In this document: positions 36,109 to 49,205 of the stretch, piece by piece | How the letters are laid out: each line of letters starts with the position of its first letter | How positions within the stretch are numbered: position 1 is the stretch's first letter | Made by a program: the position numbers and the translations under genes | The notes under the pieces: model-generated | Databases searched by the model: none | What the model saw: the letters and a program-made list of their open reading frames with translations, nothing else | What the model was told of the DNA's origin: nothing | NCBI RefSeq assembly: GCF_006345805.1 | Contig: NC_042998.1 | Span: 97,712,001 to 97,776,000 of the forward strand | Length of the DNA stretch: 64,000 bases | From: Octopus sinensis | Taxonomy: Eukaryota | Direction of reading: 5' to 3'

Positions 36109-36408
36109 CCAAATTGTCTTTGTAAATTTTGATTACTTTTCTTTTTACTGTACTGTATTAAAAAATTAAAATTATTTGTTTGTAAGCTCGAAATAGGTTT
36201 TCATTAACCATGCATTATTAAAAATGCCTTCATAAATAAAGTACATTACTGGGAATGGTTATTATCGGTTTAGCCCAGAGACAAATAAATTCGACCTAGC
36301 CTAAAGACAAGTCAATTCGACTCCAGTCGTGTCTCCTGGAACCAATCAACGACGTAGGGTTAGGTATGCCTCTGTGTATGTGTGTGTGTATACACACACA
36401 CACACACA

Positions 36409-36454
<46 letters not shown>

Positions 36455-36455
<1 letters not shown>

Positions 36456-36973
36456 TAGCTGAATAGTCCGTCATTGCCGGGCAATTTTTTGCAGTAGAAT
36501 GTCTTATATAAATTTTTGTTTATTCCATGCCAGACTATGCCTTCCCCCGACAGATTGGCCGTTTGATCTGGACAGATTGGCCGTTTGATCTGGACAGATT
36601 GGTGCAATTTTTCGCAAAAAAACTTCGTCGAGGATTTTTTCCCTTTTTAAATTATTTTCATGTCTGTTCGACCGTTTCACATGACTTTATTCTTTAAAAC
36701 TTATTAAAACTGCAGAAGCTCTTACAACTTGAGTTGTCATAATGCTTTGCTTTCGTTTGTTTTATAAAAATTCCTCCTCGTAATGATTTTGTCTTCAATT
36801 TTGTGATAGATAGCTATCATGCAGAACGTACCTGCCTCTAAACACTGTTGGCGCGCGATAGAGCAAGAGACAAATTGCGCCAATACCAACCAATCAGAGT
36901 AGTAGACACAACGGGGTACCAAAGACTAGCTGCTATTTACTACGTTCGTATGTATGTATATATATAATAGAGA
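36455..36973 (-). mobile_element. Non-autonomous Helitron-like element
   Basis: Minus strand begins TC-TATTATATA and ends in an imperfect GC hairpin then CTAG|T. Internal 22-bp tandem x2.5 at 36549-36602. Confidence 0.6.
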
Positions 36974-37869
36974 GGAGAGGAATTTCACTCAAGTGTACGC
37001 TTACAAGACTTTAAATCCCAGTAACATTTTTCTGCAATTTTTCAGGAACAAATAAATGACAAAATCGGATTTAACGTGGAAAATTAATTCACTATACCAA
37101 ATTTGATAATTTTGATATAATTTTAAAATTTCACAATATGTGACACCAACAGGGAAGACCCTACAAAAGTAGTAACAGACAGTTATAGGACTTCACACAC
37201 ACACACATCTGCAAACGTACACACATGTAATCGCGAATTTAAAATGGTGTATGTATTATGTGTATGAGAGTGTTTCTTTGCGATGGACAGGAGAAAAGCC
37301 ACCTGTGAACAATCGCTGTCAACTTACCCTCTCTCTCCTTAAAGCTACGTATTCATCACACCCACCTGTCTTTCCCTTACTCGGCGTATTAAAAGTTACT
37401 TGTGTGTGCGTGCGCGCATGTGTCAATATGGTATACGTGGGTGATACTGAGATTCCTCTTAAATATTTTCTCATTTACGCTCTATTCATATTGTCCGTTC
37501 TCCCTTTCCCGCTCTGGAAGCGGTGCTTGTTATTGTTTTCCGAACAATTAAACATGTACATGCGATAACATAGTGTGACTTTCAACATTTTTCTGGACTT
37601 ACTCCACAAAGATTTTCTTTTAAAATAATATAATATCATAATAAAAATGATCGCCAAAAAAAAAAAAAAAATTATACAGGCAGTCATTTTAGTGTCATCT
37701 TTTCCAGTTGTGTCATTCGGTTCAGCTCGCTCTCAACCTATTTATGATACCACTGCTGTTGCGAAATTATTTCTATTCATATCCCGCAGGTTTCACTACA
37801 TGTGTAAGCAAAAGAATGTATACATGTGTCAGGCACTCATTATTAAGGTTAATCTGGATATGTGGTGGA

Positions 37870-37933
<64 letters not shown>

Positions 37934-37989
37934 TTGTGTGTGTGTGTGGTGTGTATGTATGTGTGCGTGTGTGTGCGCACGTGTGTGAA

Positions 37990-38255
37990 GGCGCATAACT
38001 CAGTGGTTAGAGCGTCGGGCTTATAATCGTGAGGTTGTGAGTTCGATTCATGGACTGGGTTACGTGTTGTGATCTTCAACAAGACACTTTATTTTATGTT
38101 GCTCCAGTTCACACCAGCTATAGAAATGAGTTACGGCGTCACTGATGCCAAGCGGTATCGGCCTTTGCTTTCCCTTGGATAACATTGGTGGCGTGGAGAG
38201 GCGGGGTCGGTATGCATGGGTGACTGCTGATCTTCCATAAACAACCTTGCCTAGG
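37990..38255 (+). mobile_element. SINE family C with well-preserved tRNA-like head (A and B boxes)
   Basis: 'taactcagtggttagagcg' A box and 'gagttcgattc' B box, followed by the SINE body shared with 5375 and 25920. Confidence 0.85.
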
Positions 38256-38300
38256 AAGAATATGCAAAGTATGTATGTATGTATATATGTATGCATGCAC

Positions 38301-38331
<31 letters not shown>

Positions 38332-39319
38332 TGTATGTATGTATGTATGTATGTATGTATACAGAGAGAGGTGGGGATTATGCGGATGAACAAATTAGAT
38401 ATATTAAATATGACAGTTTGGGTATAAAATACAAAACGTATATATATATATATTTTCTATACATATAAATTTGACATGGGCGATTCTTTCTTGTCTTGGG
38501 ATTCACGGTCAGACAGCTGGGTGGAATTGCGCAAAAAATTACAAATGTGTAGAATGATCCGGTGGTGATGCTGGACTTTGTATTTTTTTCATAGCTGCCA
38601 TGGTTACCGAGATAACCTACTGTAATAATACTCTTGTGTTTATGGATGAGAAAGGAAGGGGTGATGTCATACTTGGTAGTGGGATGACGAAAATTCAGTA
38701 CGCTGAAACAATAAATCAAACAGCGTTTAAACTCTGTGTGAATATATGTGTGTGTATGTAAAAGGGGGTATGTGAATGTGTGTGTGTGTGTGCGTGCGTG
38801 CGTGCGCGCAATGGAAGTGGGATGGTTCATCTTTGTTCGTTTAATATTTGGGTTTATTTTTTGATTTGGTTGAATCTTGGTTGTTGTTTTTTTGTTGGTC
38901 AGCTATTTTTAGCGTTTTGACAGAAAAAAGTAATTCTAGAATTGTTTTTTAACGTAAGCGTGCTCAAACAAGTCGAATGCTTACACAGAGCAGGTTTTAC
39001 AGCCACATCATCCAAACCGACCGGGTGAAACCGGGCTAAGCTGCTAGCATATACAGATACATGCAAAACGAGAGAAAGCAAAAGGTGGAGACTCTCAGAC
39101 GATAAATATTTAAGCATAAATATACAGATATTTATATTAATAGATCCAACTTACACAGAGTACAAGCGACAGAGAAAATTAAAAGGGAGGAAGAAAGGTG
39201 TTATAAGTGTTTCTGGGGGCTCCGAGATCCATCTTAATGTTGTAGTTCATCAAAATATGCGGCCGTCATGGCGGTAATCAACATTGGATAAATCATCAGG
39301 GTAGAGAAGATCTTACATT

Positions 39320-40300
39320 TCAGATCATAATGCATAGGAGTTCAAAGAGAACTTCTCTGCCAGAATACAAATACCCAGCGTAACTGGGATGACATCAGAT
39401 GCAAGTCTACCTTCAAGCGGTTAGAGACAGCACCACCTTGCCTGCTTCCATTCCACCTCGCAGCCAAATAGCGACGCATAGCTCAATTCGGTGCCCGTCT
39501 CATCTTCCGGTATCCTTCTACATGATGAATGCACTCGCATTGGAGTGGCCCATCACCTCGGTCTCCGCGTATATGAACCGCACAACTGTCAGTAGTAGTT
39601 GGATTCGGCCTGCATTAATTATCCTGCAGCCTTAGCGCGACTCGTTTTCCTCCGACACGCCGCTCTGAAAGACATAACCAGAAGGGACTTTGACGCGGCT
39701 GCTTCTCGTCTCAGCTGGAGCCAGCAGGTCTAAACCTAAGGGGGCGTTAAGCACTCCGACAGAATTACATTCTTCCCATTCGAGGGAGGCAGATCTCTAG
39801 TCTGGGATGCGACGTTCAGCAACATGTTCTCCGGTTCCAACCTTGCTGTATCAGCTGCAAACTTTGGTGTCCCTGCCCGTAACGCAGAGGAGAGAAAAGT
39901 CAATAAACACAGGTGTCTGACCGGCCGCTAACAGTTTGTGCCGGCTGCCGTCGAAACGTCAGATATTCTCGAACCCCGTACTACCGATTTCCTCCACAAA
40001 ATCGGGATAACAGCGGCCCGACTGAGAAATGAACCTCGCAAGGCGGAGTGACTGCTGCAACGTGTATCGCTAACCATTTTCCGCGGCAACGCCATCGCGG
40101 TCATTACTGCGAGGCGCGGCTGATCACACCATTTATTCCTAGGTGTATAGCCCCTCCCCCTCCAAATTCTGCTGCTTTACCCCACCTATTTACTTTCTTT
40201 TCCTTTTTTATCTTTCATCTTTTCTATTTTTTTTTGTATATAAATGTTTTAATTTAAAATGTGATCTGTTGTATAATAAACTTAGCAGTTCAAAGAAAAA
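39320..40300 (+). mobile_element. CRE-clade (restriction-like endonuclease) non-LTR retrotransposon 3' fragment
   Basis: Broken frames: QRNWDD, RIGVAHHLGL, LSCS..RFLRHAALKDI, LEPAGL, GRSLVWDAT, FVPAAVET, LQRVSLTIFRGNA. Stop at 40121-40123, then AATAAA and an A-rich end. Confidence 0.88.
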
Positions 40301-40938
40301 ATGTATAAAATATAAAAAAATACAATCTGTAAGTGAAAAGGTAAAAAGAATTCTCTCCCTCTCTCTCTCTCTCCCTCTCTCTTCCTATTTCTCTCTCTCC
40401 TACCATCATTTAGTACATATCTTATCTCTCGTTTTTCACCCCTCGCTATCATTTTCCTACCATCATCTTGTGCTTCGTTCTCATCATGATGCTTGACTAT
40501 CGGGATATTGCATCAGATCACGTACATGATACTTGCTTGCTTTCTCCTTTCTACCAGAAATATATATCTGCTATTAATGTCTCTCTTTCATAACAAAACC
40601 TGACCAAGAAGAGATTACGTCACGTCTGATACACCTCGCGACCTTCACTCCCCCGCATGTATCCATCAATCTTTTTCTACCGTTATTGCGACTAATCATT
40701 ACTGGGGGTTGGCATACGTGCTTTGTTTTCTAGGACATGTCCTGAATTCAGGTGTTAAAATTTGCATTCAGGAAGAATTTTTAAAATTATTCAAAAATCC
40801 CAAATTTCAGCTTCCATCACTTTAAAAATTACACACACACATAATCTATAATGCGAGACCTTTGTATAACACACACACATACACACACATGCACACACAC
40901 ACACAGAGGCACACACACACAGAGGCACACACACACAC

Positions 40939-40989
<51 letters not shown>

Positions 40990-41369
40990 GCACACATACA
41001 TACACACGCACGCACACACATAACCCCAAAGACTCAAAGAGTGTTGAGGTTTCGGAGAATCGCGGTAACTGTTAGTGGAGGTGCCCTGGATTCTGACTTT
41101 TCAGATATGGCAACCCAAGCATTATCTTATTCTTGTGTGTGACATGTTCGTGATGGGATGTTGATTAAGAAACAAAGTATCTAGTTGTCTACGTTTGTTG
41201 TATTGTCTGAATGTCCTTTTAGGAATTAGTTTTTTTTTTTATTATAAATATTATTTGTAGCTATAAGTTATCACCATTTGTTTACTCTTATGTTGTTACC
41301 TGTAGTAATAAGCTGGTAGATTCCCACGCTGTGTTTATATTCTTAATGCTATAACCACCACCAGGTTTA

Positions 41370-41427
41370 ATGGTATTGCCCAGGTGTCGAAACCATAGTG
41401 ATATATGTTTGGGCAGCAGATGATGGG
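41370..41427 (+). ncRNA. Candidate non-circularly permuted hammerhead
   Basis: auggu-A-uugccca / guc-GAA-accau / ugggcag-CAGAUGA. Stem III 5 bp, stem I 7 bp, GUA site. Confidence 0.6.
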
Positions 41428-41854
41428 AATGCACATATGCTGTGCACGATTGTGAATTTCTTATATTTTAGACTTTCATTCTTGTAGATATTTTGTGAGG
41501 ATCGTTTCCTTTGGTATTGTTTGGGTTTCTTCATAGGTAACTAATTAATCTTGAACTTTTATTAAATTGGTAAAATTATCACAAAACTCAATCAGTTTCA
41601 AGTTACCATTCGTCGGACAGTTGTGATGATATATGCGCCAGTAACAGTGCATGTCGCGTGAAGTGATTTTCTTAAGGAAGTATTTCTACAGTTGTTTCAT
41701 AATGACACCCTCAGAATAGACTATTTCAAACACTTCCTATTTGCGTATATCTCTAGAGTTTAGGTCTATGTTTCTGAGCCATAAATTACGATTGGGAAGA
41801 CAAGGGTGTTGGACTGTTTAACTTTATTGTACTGGTTGATGATCCACCTGCTTC

Positions 41855-42020
41855 AGACAGGCGTGGTCCCAAAAATTTTTTGAAGGTAAGCACAAGGTCA
41901 GAAGGAATATAATTCCAGGAGAAAAGGTCATAATAACATTGTTTAAAAGGGCGCACTTCTTTTCTTGAGGGGGAGGGGAACGTGCCCCTCAGCCCCCCTC
42001 CCTTGGGTCCGCCTCTGGCA
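41855..42020. mobile_element. Possible hAT-type MITE remnant
   Basis: Right end 'gcccccctcccttgggtccgcctctg' resembles GC-rich hAT MITE termini. Left end is only partly complementary. Confidence 0.35.
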
Positions 42021-42229
42021 GATGCTAGTATTAGCCATATGAATAGTTATTAATAGCATTATTATATCAGGGGTTTCACGGCTTTTGATTTTTTAAAAAC
42101 TCATCTTTTTTATAAAAATTTCTTCTTTTCTTATTTTCGTACGCATGCATGAGTATGTGTCCGCTTGTGCATGTATGGGTAGTGAGTAAATATATTTCGT
42201 GTATATCAGTGTGTGTGTGTGTGTGTGTG

Positions 42230-42261
<32 letters not shown>

Positions 42262-42657
42262 GCGTGTGCGTGTGTGTGTATCCACATTAGATGGATGACC
42301 CAGGACTTAGGATATTGCTCTAACTAGAAACGGATGATCAAGATGAAACTTGATAACTCGAAAAGGAAGTGACCGACCTTTCATCAAGTAATATAGTCTG
42401 TGAACAAAGGCAAAAGCCACAACAGAAGTGTTGAATAGTCCAGACGAATGATACAAAAGCCTGAACTAAAAAGCAGACAAAACACAAAAGATCGAAATCT
42501 TACAAGGCTAAATAGAATTACTAAAAGCTGGCTTTAAGAACAAGTCAACATTTTGAAGTCAGTCGTGAAATAGAAAGAAAGAGCAGAAAGATAGTTTCAT
42601 TTACACACACACAAGATACATATACACATCACACAAACATTAAGTGTGTGTGTATAT

Positions 42658-42728
<71 letters not shown>

Positions 42729-42852
42729 CACACATAGTCACATATAATATACATACATATATACTCACGCTCATATACATTAACTGAACAAAGAGCACAT
42801 ACATACTCATGCACCCATACTTATATACATATCGTTACATATAGATACTTAA

Positions 42853-42911
<59 letters not shown>

Positions 42912-43289
42912 GTATGTATGTATGTATGTAAAGGCAAGATATTAGCATCTGTACATGCACAAAAATACACACACATAAACATGCATACGTACACATTTCT
43001 ATGTGCTGAGTGCGTGTCAGTACGCGCTTTTATTCGATTGCTTTCCACCCATGAAGTTTCGAGTTCGGTCCCATTGCACGGCACATTGGGCAACTGTTTT
43101 CAACTATAGCTCCGGGCCTGCTAAAGCTTCGTAGCACTATCAATATCATTGATATGGCTACTTCAAATGAAACGTAAGTATAAAGCGACGCTAATTTTAC
43201 CAGGTGTTCAACGATATAAACAAAGAAATATTCCTACCCTGTATTCATAGTCACGAAAGTATCACCAAATTCTTAAATAAAGACTCAAA

Positions 43290-43520
43290 GCATTTCTATT
43301 ATTTCTTTATTTATTGCTCCCAGGGGGCTAAACAAGGACAAACAAAGGGATTAAGTCGATTACATCGACCCCAGTGCGTAACTGGTACTTATTTCATCGA
43401 CTCCGAAAGGATGAAAAACAAAGTCGACCTCGGCAGAATTTGAACTCAGAACGTAAAGACGGACGAAATACCGCTAAGTATTTTGCCCGGCGTGCTAACG
43501 TTTCTACCAGCTCGTCGCCC
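43290..43520 (-). mobile_element. SINE family B, young full-length copy
   Basis: 'ttatttctttatttattgctccc...gtcgacctcggcagaatttgaactcagaacgtaaagacggacgaaataccgctaag...ccagctcgtcgcc'. Confidence 0.9.
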
Positions 43521-43574
43521 TAAAGCATTTCTAAAGCTAGATAGACTGGAACATCAGGTGATGGGTCAAAATGC

Positions 43575-43740
43575 GGGCCTATAGGTAAGGAGCGAACATG
43601 CTTCTGCTACAAACTCGAGCCACGTGGAACGAAGTGTTTTTCTCAAGAGCACAACTCACCGCCCGGTATGGGAATCGAAACCACGATCTGGTATGTAAGA
43701 CCCTTAACACTAGGCCACGCACTTTCACGTCTAAATACAT
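43575..43740 (-). mobile_element. SINE family C head
   Basis: 'gaagtgttttctcaagagcacaactcaccgcccggtatgggaatcgaaaccacgatc...taacactaggccacgc'. Confidence 0.7.
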
Positions 43741-44419
43741 GTAATAAAAACCAATGATTTTTACTTGAAAAAACACGTCCAAGGTTTGTTATGCCGTTTC
43801 CTTCTGTTTGTATACTATTTTGTAGCTTATTTTTTAATTCACTTATCAACTTGCTCGCATTTGAATTTCTCTTGCCTTTGAGGGTCTTTATCATTGAAAA
43901 AGGCTATAGTTTTTGCTAAAAACTGGAAAAACTTGGATAAACGTTTAATTGTTAAAATGCATGGTGGTTCTACATCATCACTTTCTTTGTCTTCTTCAGC
44001 ATGGTGCTTGCCTTGAAGTTTTTTTTGGATGGGGAGGGGTAATTTGAATTGTTTTTTACTAATATGACGAATTATTCGTGCTCGTTGTCCATTGTCGAAA
44101 TCTCTGTAACACTTCTAAATTAGTTTCTACGGTTACACTTTTTCCGCAGTTGTGTGCACAGTCAGCATTAAGCCGCCATTACCACAGGACTAACTCAAGA
44201 AATAAATATTTACAAAGAAAGTAATTAAACGAGCACTTCTGCCTCAATTCGGTTCAAAATCAATGACAAAAACTGATTAGTTTTGAATCTGGTAGACTTC
44301 GTAATAGTTTGTTGCTCGTTCGCCTTATTTTATTTGTACGTTTGCTCTCCCCTACACTTTTTTACTTTTATTAACTTATAATTTTCATTTCATAACCGTA
44401 TTTAAAAGGATAAGCAGAA

Positions 44420-45930
44420 AGAAAAGATGTTAGAGGAAATTCAAAGAGGAACATTTTGCACAGAGTGATGCTGCCGCAAAAAAGTCGAGACATCTTTGCA
44501 GCCTCATATGGCATGATGATGAAGTCGACAAGTTCTGGAGTAAAGTTGTGATAATAACATTGTTCAAGAAAAGAACTCTGAGCAATGCAAAAGCTGGAAT
44601 GGAATAACCTCGATTCAGTTTTTGCAGAATACTTTGGCAAAATGTTCCCTTTTGAACGTCTATAGCAACTTTCTGAGCCCTTTTAGATATGGTATTAAAT
44701 GAAAATTATAAGTTTTGGACAAGTAAGTTATTATAGAGAATGGTAAGTGTACTAATTAAACAAAACGGCCTAGCAGCAAACTATTACGAAGTCTACTAGA
44801 TTCTGTAGTGTCCCTCTTACCTTTCTAAAGGAAGTGTTTGAGCATTTACGAGAAGTCGAGGCGAAATTCAGGAATGGAAAGTCGTGTAATGAATGAACCG
44901 TTACATTACGCAACATAGAGCTGCGCTACGAGTCTCAGCTGTCGCTTATGGTCAACTTCATTGACTTTAAGAAGTTTTCGACAGGTGTACATGGAATATC
45001 TATGTAAGACCGTTGTGCTATATAAAGTATATAAAGTTTTAACATCAGATTATCACTTTACCGGAAGACATATTGCTATTTCAAAAGCAAAGATGAGAAC
45101 AGGGCCGTCAGAGATATGCTAACTTTGTTTTCTTCCTGCTGATGATGGATTCATCACGAGGAATTCTATAGAAGATCAAATGTATGGTATCAAATGGAAA
45201 TAAAGGAGTCTCACTGACTTTGACTTCGCTGACGATCTGAGATTCTTTAGTACCAGGTCTCTGGTAATTTGTCTTAATCACCAGTCTCAGCAACAGTAGC
45301 TCAAAGCTCGGTCTTCGGATCAGCAATGAAAAGACGAAAGTGGAGTCCAGTCCGGCGAGAGAACAGATGTTAGAGATCGTTAACACCTTTGTGAACCTGG
45401 GCAGTAATATTACTCAGAAACTAATGGGAAGAAGAGACTTGGCAAAGCTGCAACTCTCTTCCAACACCTGAAAAGCTTGTATTAGCTGAATCACAAACTC
45501 TACCTGTATATAACAGATGCCATGCTGACAGTAACTTAACATTTGCGTGACATAGGAAAAGAATACAGATGTCTTCATCGAACATTGGGGACAAAACTAA
45601 AAATTTCTCAAGCTGTAAATGCCTTCGATTACAAAAAAGTCATAAAATGGACCAGGCTGTGTAATCTCCAGAATAACCTTACAGTAAAACAGCAGAAGAT
45701 GCTGCGCATGCTCGTGAAGTGATCATCGTTGAAAGTCAGTCACGAGTGGAAGTTAGGTAAGGAGTTTAGGAAGCAAGGAGACCTATTAAGACCTCGCTGA
45801 AAAATGTAGAGAATCTGGCTGATATGAGCTTGACCAAAGAGCAGACACGTGACAGTGTTTGCGGCCGTAGCGAGTGGAGGTCTTTTGTCCCCAATGTTCG
45901 ATGAAGAGAGTGAAGAACTAAACTAAGCTA
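44420..45930 (+). mobile_element. Old RTE-clade LINE (different subfamily), heavily degraded
   Basis: VIITLFKK, AKFRNGKSC, VNFIDFKK and SLTDFDFADDL motifs. Ends in 'aactaaactaagcta'. Confidence 0.75.
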
Positions 45931-46454
45931 CATCGAAGAAAGTAGAATCACGAAAATTCTCAGTGATTTAACGAATATTGAACAGACACTGCTTTAGAAG
46001 TGTAATAATTTGTATATGTTTCAAATACAATTTCATTTTATAGTTTCTCTAAGTAGTGTCGGACTTTATTGTAGATGCATCTCTATGAAGTTGACAAAGA
46101 AAGGCCGTATCTTTAGGTAACGATCGTGAAATAAAAGATCATTGATTGGTTGAAATTACCGAAATACGACAACTTTAACGTGAAATAACTTCCTACATAT
46201 AAGCTTTTCTCAAAAATGCTAAGAGTCAAAGATGTTTTATATGACACATTCTACCAGTGTCCGAAGTTTGAAAGTGTTTAGTTACAAAAAATTTATTTTT
46301 TAAATCTGTCGGTCCAAAGATAGTAAATAACTAACTCGTATTGTAATCGATTTGATCGACTAAAAACCTTTCAGCACAATGCCCCAGTTTGGCCGCAATC
46401 CAATGACTGAAACAAGTAACAAAAAATTTAATATGTAATGTGTGTATGTACGTA

Positions 46455-46496
<42 letters not shown>

Positions 46497-47329
46497 TCCG
46501 GATTAGCTTCAATAATGAACATGCAGTTAACACTATCGGATATGAATAGAAATTATTACATCATAGATGATAGCTGCTGTCAAATAATTATTAGATTTAT
46601 GAGCTTGCGTGTTATACAAGTGAAAGTATCAGATGCACTTCCTGTCTTTATGATAAATTATTATCATTATTAATATTTTCTATGCATCAATTGAATTATC
46701 ATTGACTGCGATGTTCTTGTAAAGCTGTCCCCTTGACAAACAATTAGATCCAAAGTTCGTATATAAATGAAGCCGAGCTAAAATGAAACAGTTAATTTTC
46801 ATTAAAGAAGGATTGCAATTTGATGTAGCGGTATCACCGTCGAAAGGCTAAAGGACTCATATTTCTACCAAGCATCGTGGGACCTTGATATTTATTAGTA
46901 GTAGTCTTCGACGTTATTCGAATGGAGAAAGTAGCCTATGTATCTCTCTGTCTGCCTGCCTGCCTGCCTGTCTGCCTGTTTGCACTTATGGATGAACACA
47001 CGAAGAATGTAGCGTCCAACACATTTAGTTGGTGTTATATGATAATAGGTTGACACAGTTTCGCAGGAGTAGAATGTGTTCCCATCCTCAGATGTGCAGA
47101 GTAAGAGTACAAAGAATGTGGATATTTTCGGTTTGAACGGCAGTTTGTAACATAATTTCTAGTCCAAACCGAAAAGATCCAAGAATGTTTGAAAGAAATA
47201 ATATATTTTCTAGCTGAGGATATTTGGGCTACCATATATCATTTCAGGACACATGGTTACTTTGGGTAAGCAGCAGCAGCATATCATTCCATTCTATACT
47301 CTACATGGCAGAGTAAATACTATATATCT

Positions 47330-49205
47330 ATAGTACATTATTTACAATTGACGGATATTTGTCAGCTTGTTTGTTGTTAACACAACATTTCGGCTGATAT
47401 ACCCTTCAGCCTTCATCAGGTGTCTTGGGAAAATTTCGAGCCTATAATAACATTCCTAAGTTATTTTTCGATATTGTTGTTGTTGTTGTTGTTATTATTA
47501 TCATCATCATCATTATTATCATTATTATTACCGCACTTTTAACCACTACGCTATATGCCTGTGGGCAATTATGGAGTGAATTTTAGGGCTTATAAATCTA
47601 ATATTCATTCTCCTATCCTTCCTTAATACCGGTTCCCATATACTGCTCATATCTGCGCTAAGTCTGCTTAGGAGGTTGTTGTGTCCTAGCATATGTGCTG
47701 CTTCTTTTAGTTTTCATATTTTCCAGTGGTGTTCTCTGTCTATTATTTTAACTTCATCCCACAGGGATTTTTCCATACATGATCAGCTATGCACAATCTA
47801 TCAATATCTTCCTGTGTCACAGCTTTGCGATGTTCCTCTACCCTTATTTTGAGGGGGTGGCATGTTTCGCCTCTGTATAACCTACCACAGCTGCATGGGA
47901 TGGAGTACACACAGTTCTTAGTCATATTCTCTTCTATTGTTGGTTTTACTCGAAGGAGATATTTGTGAAGTGTTGTATTACTTTTGAATACTGTCTTAGT
48001 GTCATATGGGCCGCATAGCTTTTGTATCTTTTCGGAGGAGCCTTTTACATAGGGTAGACAGACTGTGGCTAGTTTATCGGTTTCATCCTCTCTTTTCTTC
48101 CTAATTGAAGTGGAGAGTATGCTTTTGGTGTAGTTGTTGCTTAATGGATCGTTACTGAGCTTGATCATTTCTTCATGGTGGGTATCACGATCGCTACTTA
48201 TATTCATTGCTCGATGTTTTAGGCACTGAGCAATTCCTCTCTGTACACTGTCTGGATGGTGGGAGTTGAAGTTGAGGTATCAACCAGTGAAGATCAGCAT
48301 GTGGTATACGAATGTCATGAATCCATACTTAATGCGTGTTATCAATACGTCCAGGAATGCTAGCTGATTGTCTTTTCCTTTTTCCATTGCAAACATGTAT
48401 GGATGGCTTTATTGAGTTCATATGATCTATCAGCACTTGGACATCTTCCTGGTGGGGCCAGAATATGAAGATGTCATCAGCATATCGCAGCCATAGGGTT
48501 GGTTTTAGTGGTGTTGTTCCTAAAGCCAAATTCTCAAAGTATTCCATGTATATATTGGCTATTATCGTTGATAATAGCGAACCCATAGCTAAACCCACTT
48601 CTTGTCAATATATATCAGTGTCCATACTGAGGTAGGTAGTTTCTATACAGAAGGTCAACATTTCCATCAAGTTTCTTATTGGTATACTAGTGCGTTCTTT
48701 TAGATGGGTGTCTGTCACTAGTTTTTCTTGAATCACCGATAGTGCTTCACCAGTTGGGACTTAGGTGAACAGACTTATCACATCTAGACTCACCGTTTGG
48801 TTGGATTCAGTGGGTATATCCTTGATCAATTTTGTGAAGTGGGTGGAATTCTTCATATACGATGTTGACTTCCCTGCTAATGGACTGATTATATCCACAA
48901 GGAAGCAGCTCAGTGGATGATATGCTGAACCTCTACAGCTCACTATAGGTCTTAATGGAATACCATCCTTGTGAATCTTAAGAAGACCATACATGTGTGG
49001 TAGTTTACTGTAGTGTTGAGTCAGTTGTCTGTACTTCATTGGGGTAAAGTGATCCTTGTTCTTGATCAAGATCTGTGACAACTTTCTTGTCACTTGGATA
49101 GAGTAACTGCAGATTTCTCAATAGTTCAGCATAGGAATTCTCTTTTTCACTGATTTTCAGCTTTCTGTTAACATCTGCTGGGCAGCTAATTTCCTCAACT
49201 GTGCA
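47330..49205 (-). mobile_element. Penelope-like element (Penelope/Poseidon type): RT plus GIY-YIG, disrupted
   Basis: LPHMYGLLKIHKDGIPLRPIVS, VSLDV, GLAMGSLLS, WLRYADDIF, NCVYSIPCSCGRLYRGETCHPLKIRVEEHRK. Confidence 0.95.
47379..47424 (-). ncRNA. Minimal type I hammerhead variant in a PLE 3' repeat, degenerate
   Basis: gacac-CUGAUGA-A-ggcuga...ucagcc-GAAA-UGUU-guguu. Position 15.2 is U where C is expected. Confidence 0.7.

Noticed and set aside
37990-38062. Apparent tRNA gene
   Set aside because: A and B boxes are present, but the anticodon and acceptor stems do not pair, and the sequence continues into a SINE body found elsewhere in the window
38378-38830. 150-aa minus-strand ORF in non-repetitive DNA
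   Set aside because: It starts and ends in microsatellites, with no recognisable domain or convincing splice pair
41581-41620. Minus-strand CCGACGA...GAAAC similar to the 52571 motif
   Set aside because: Stems I and II are both broken. At most a decayed relic
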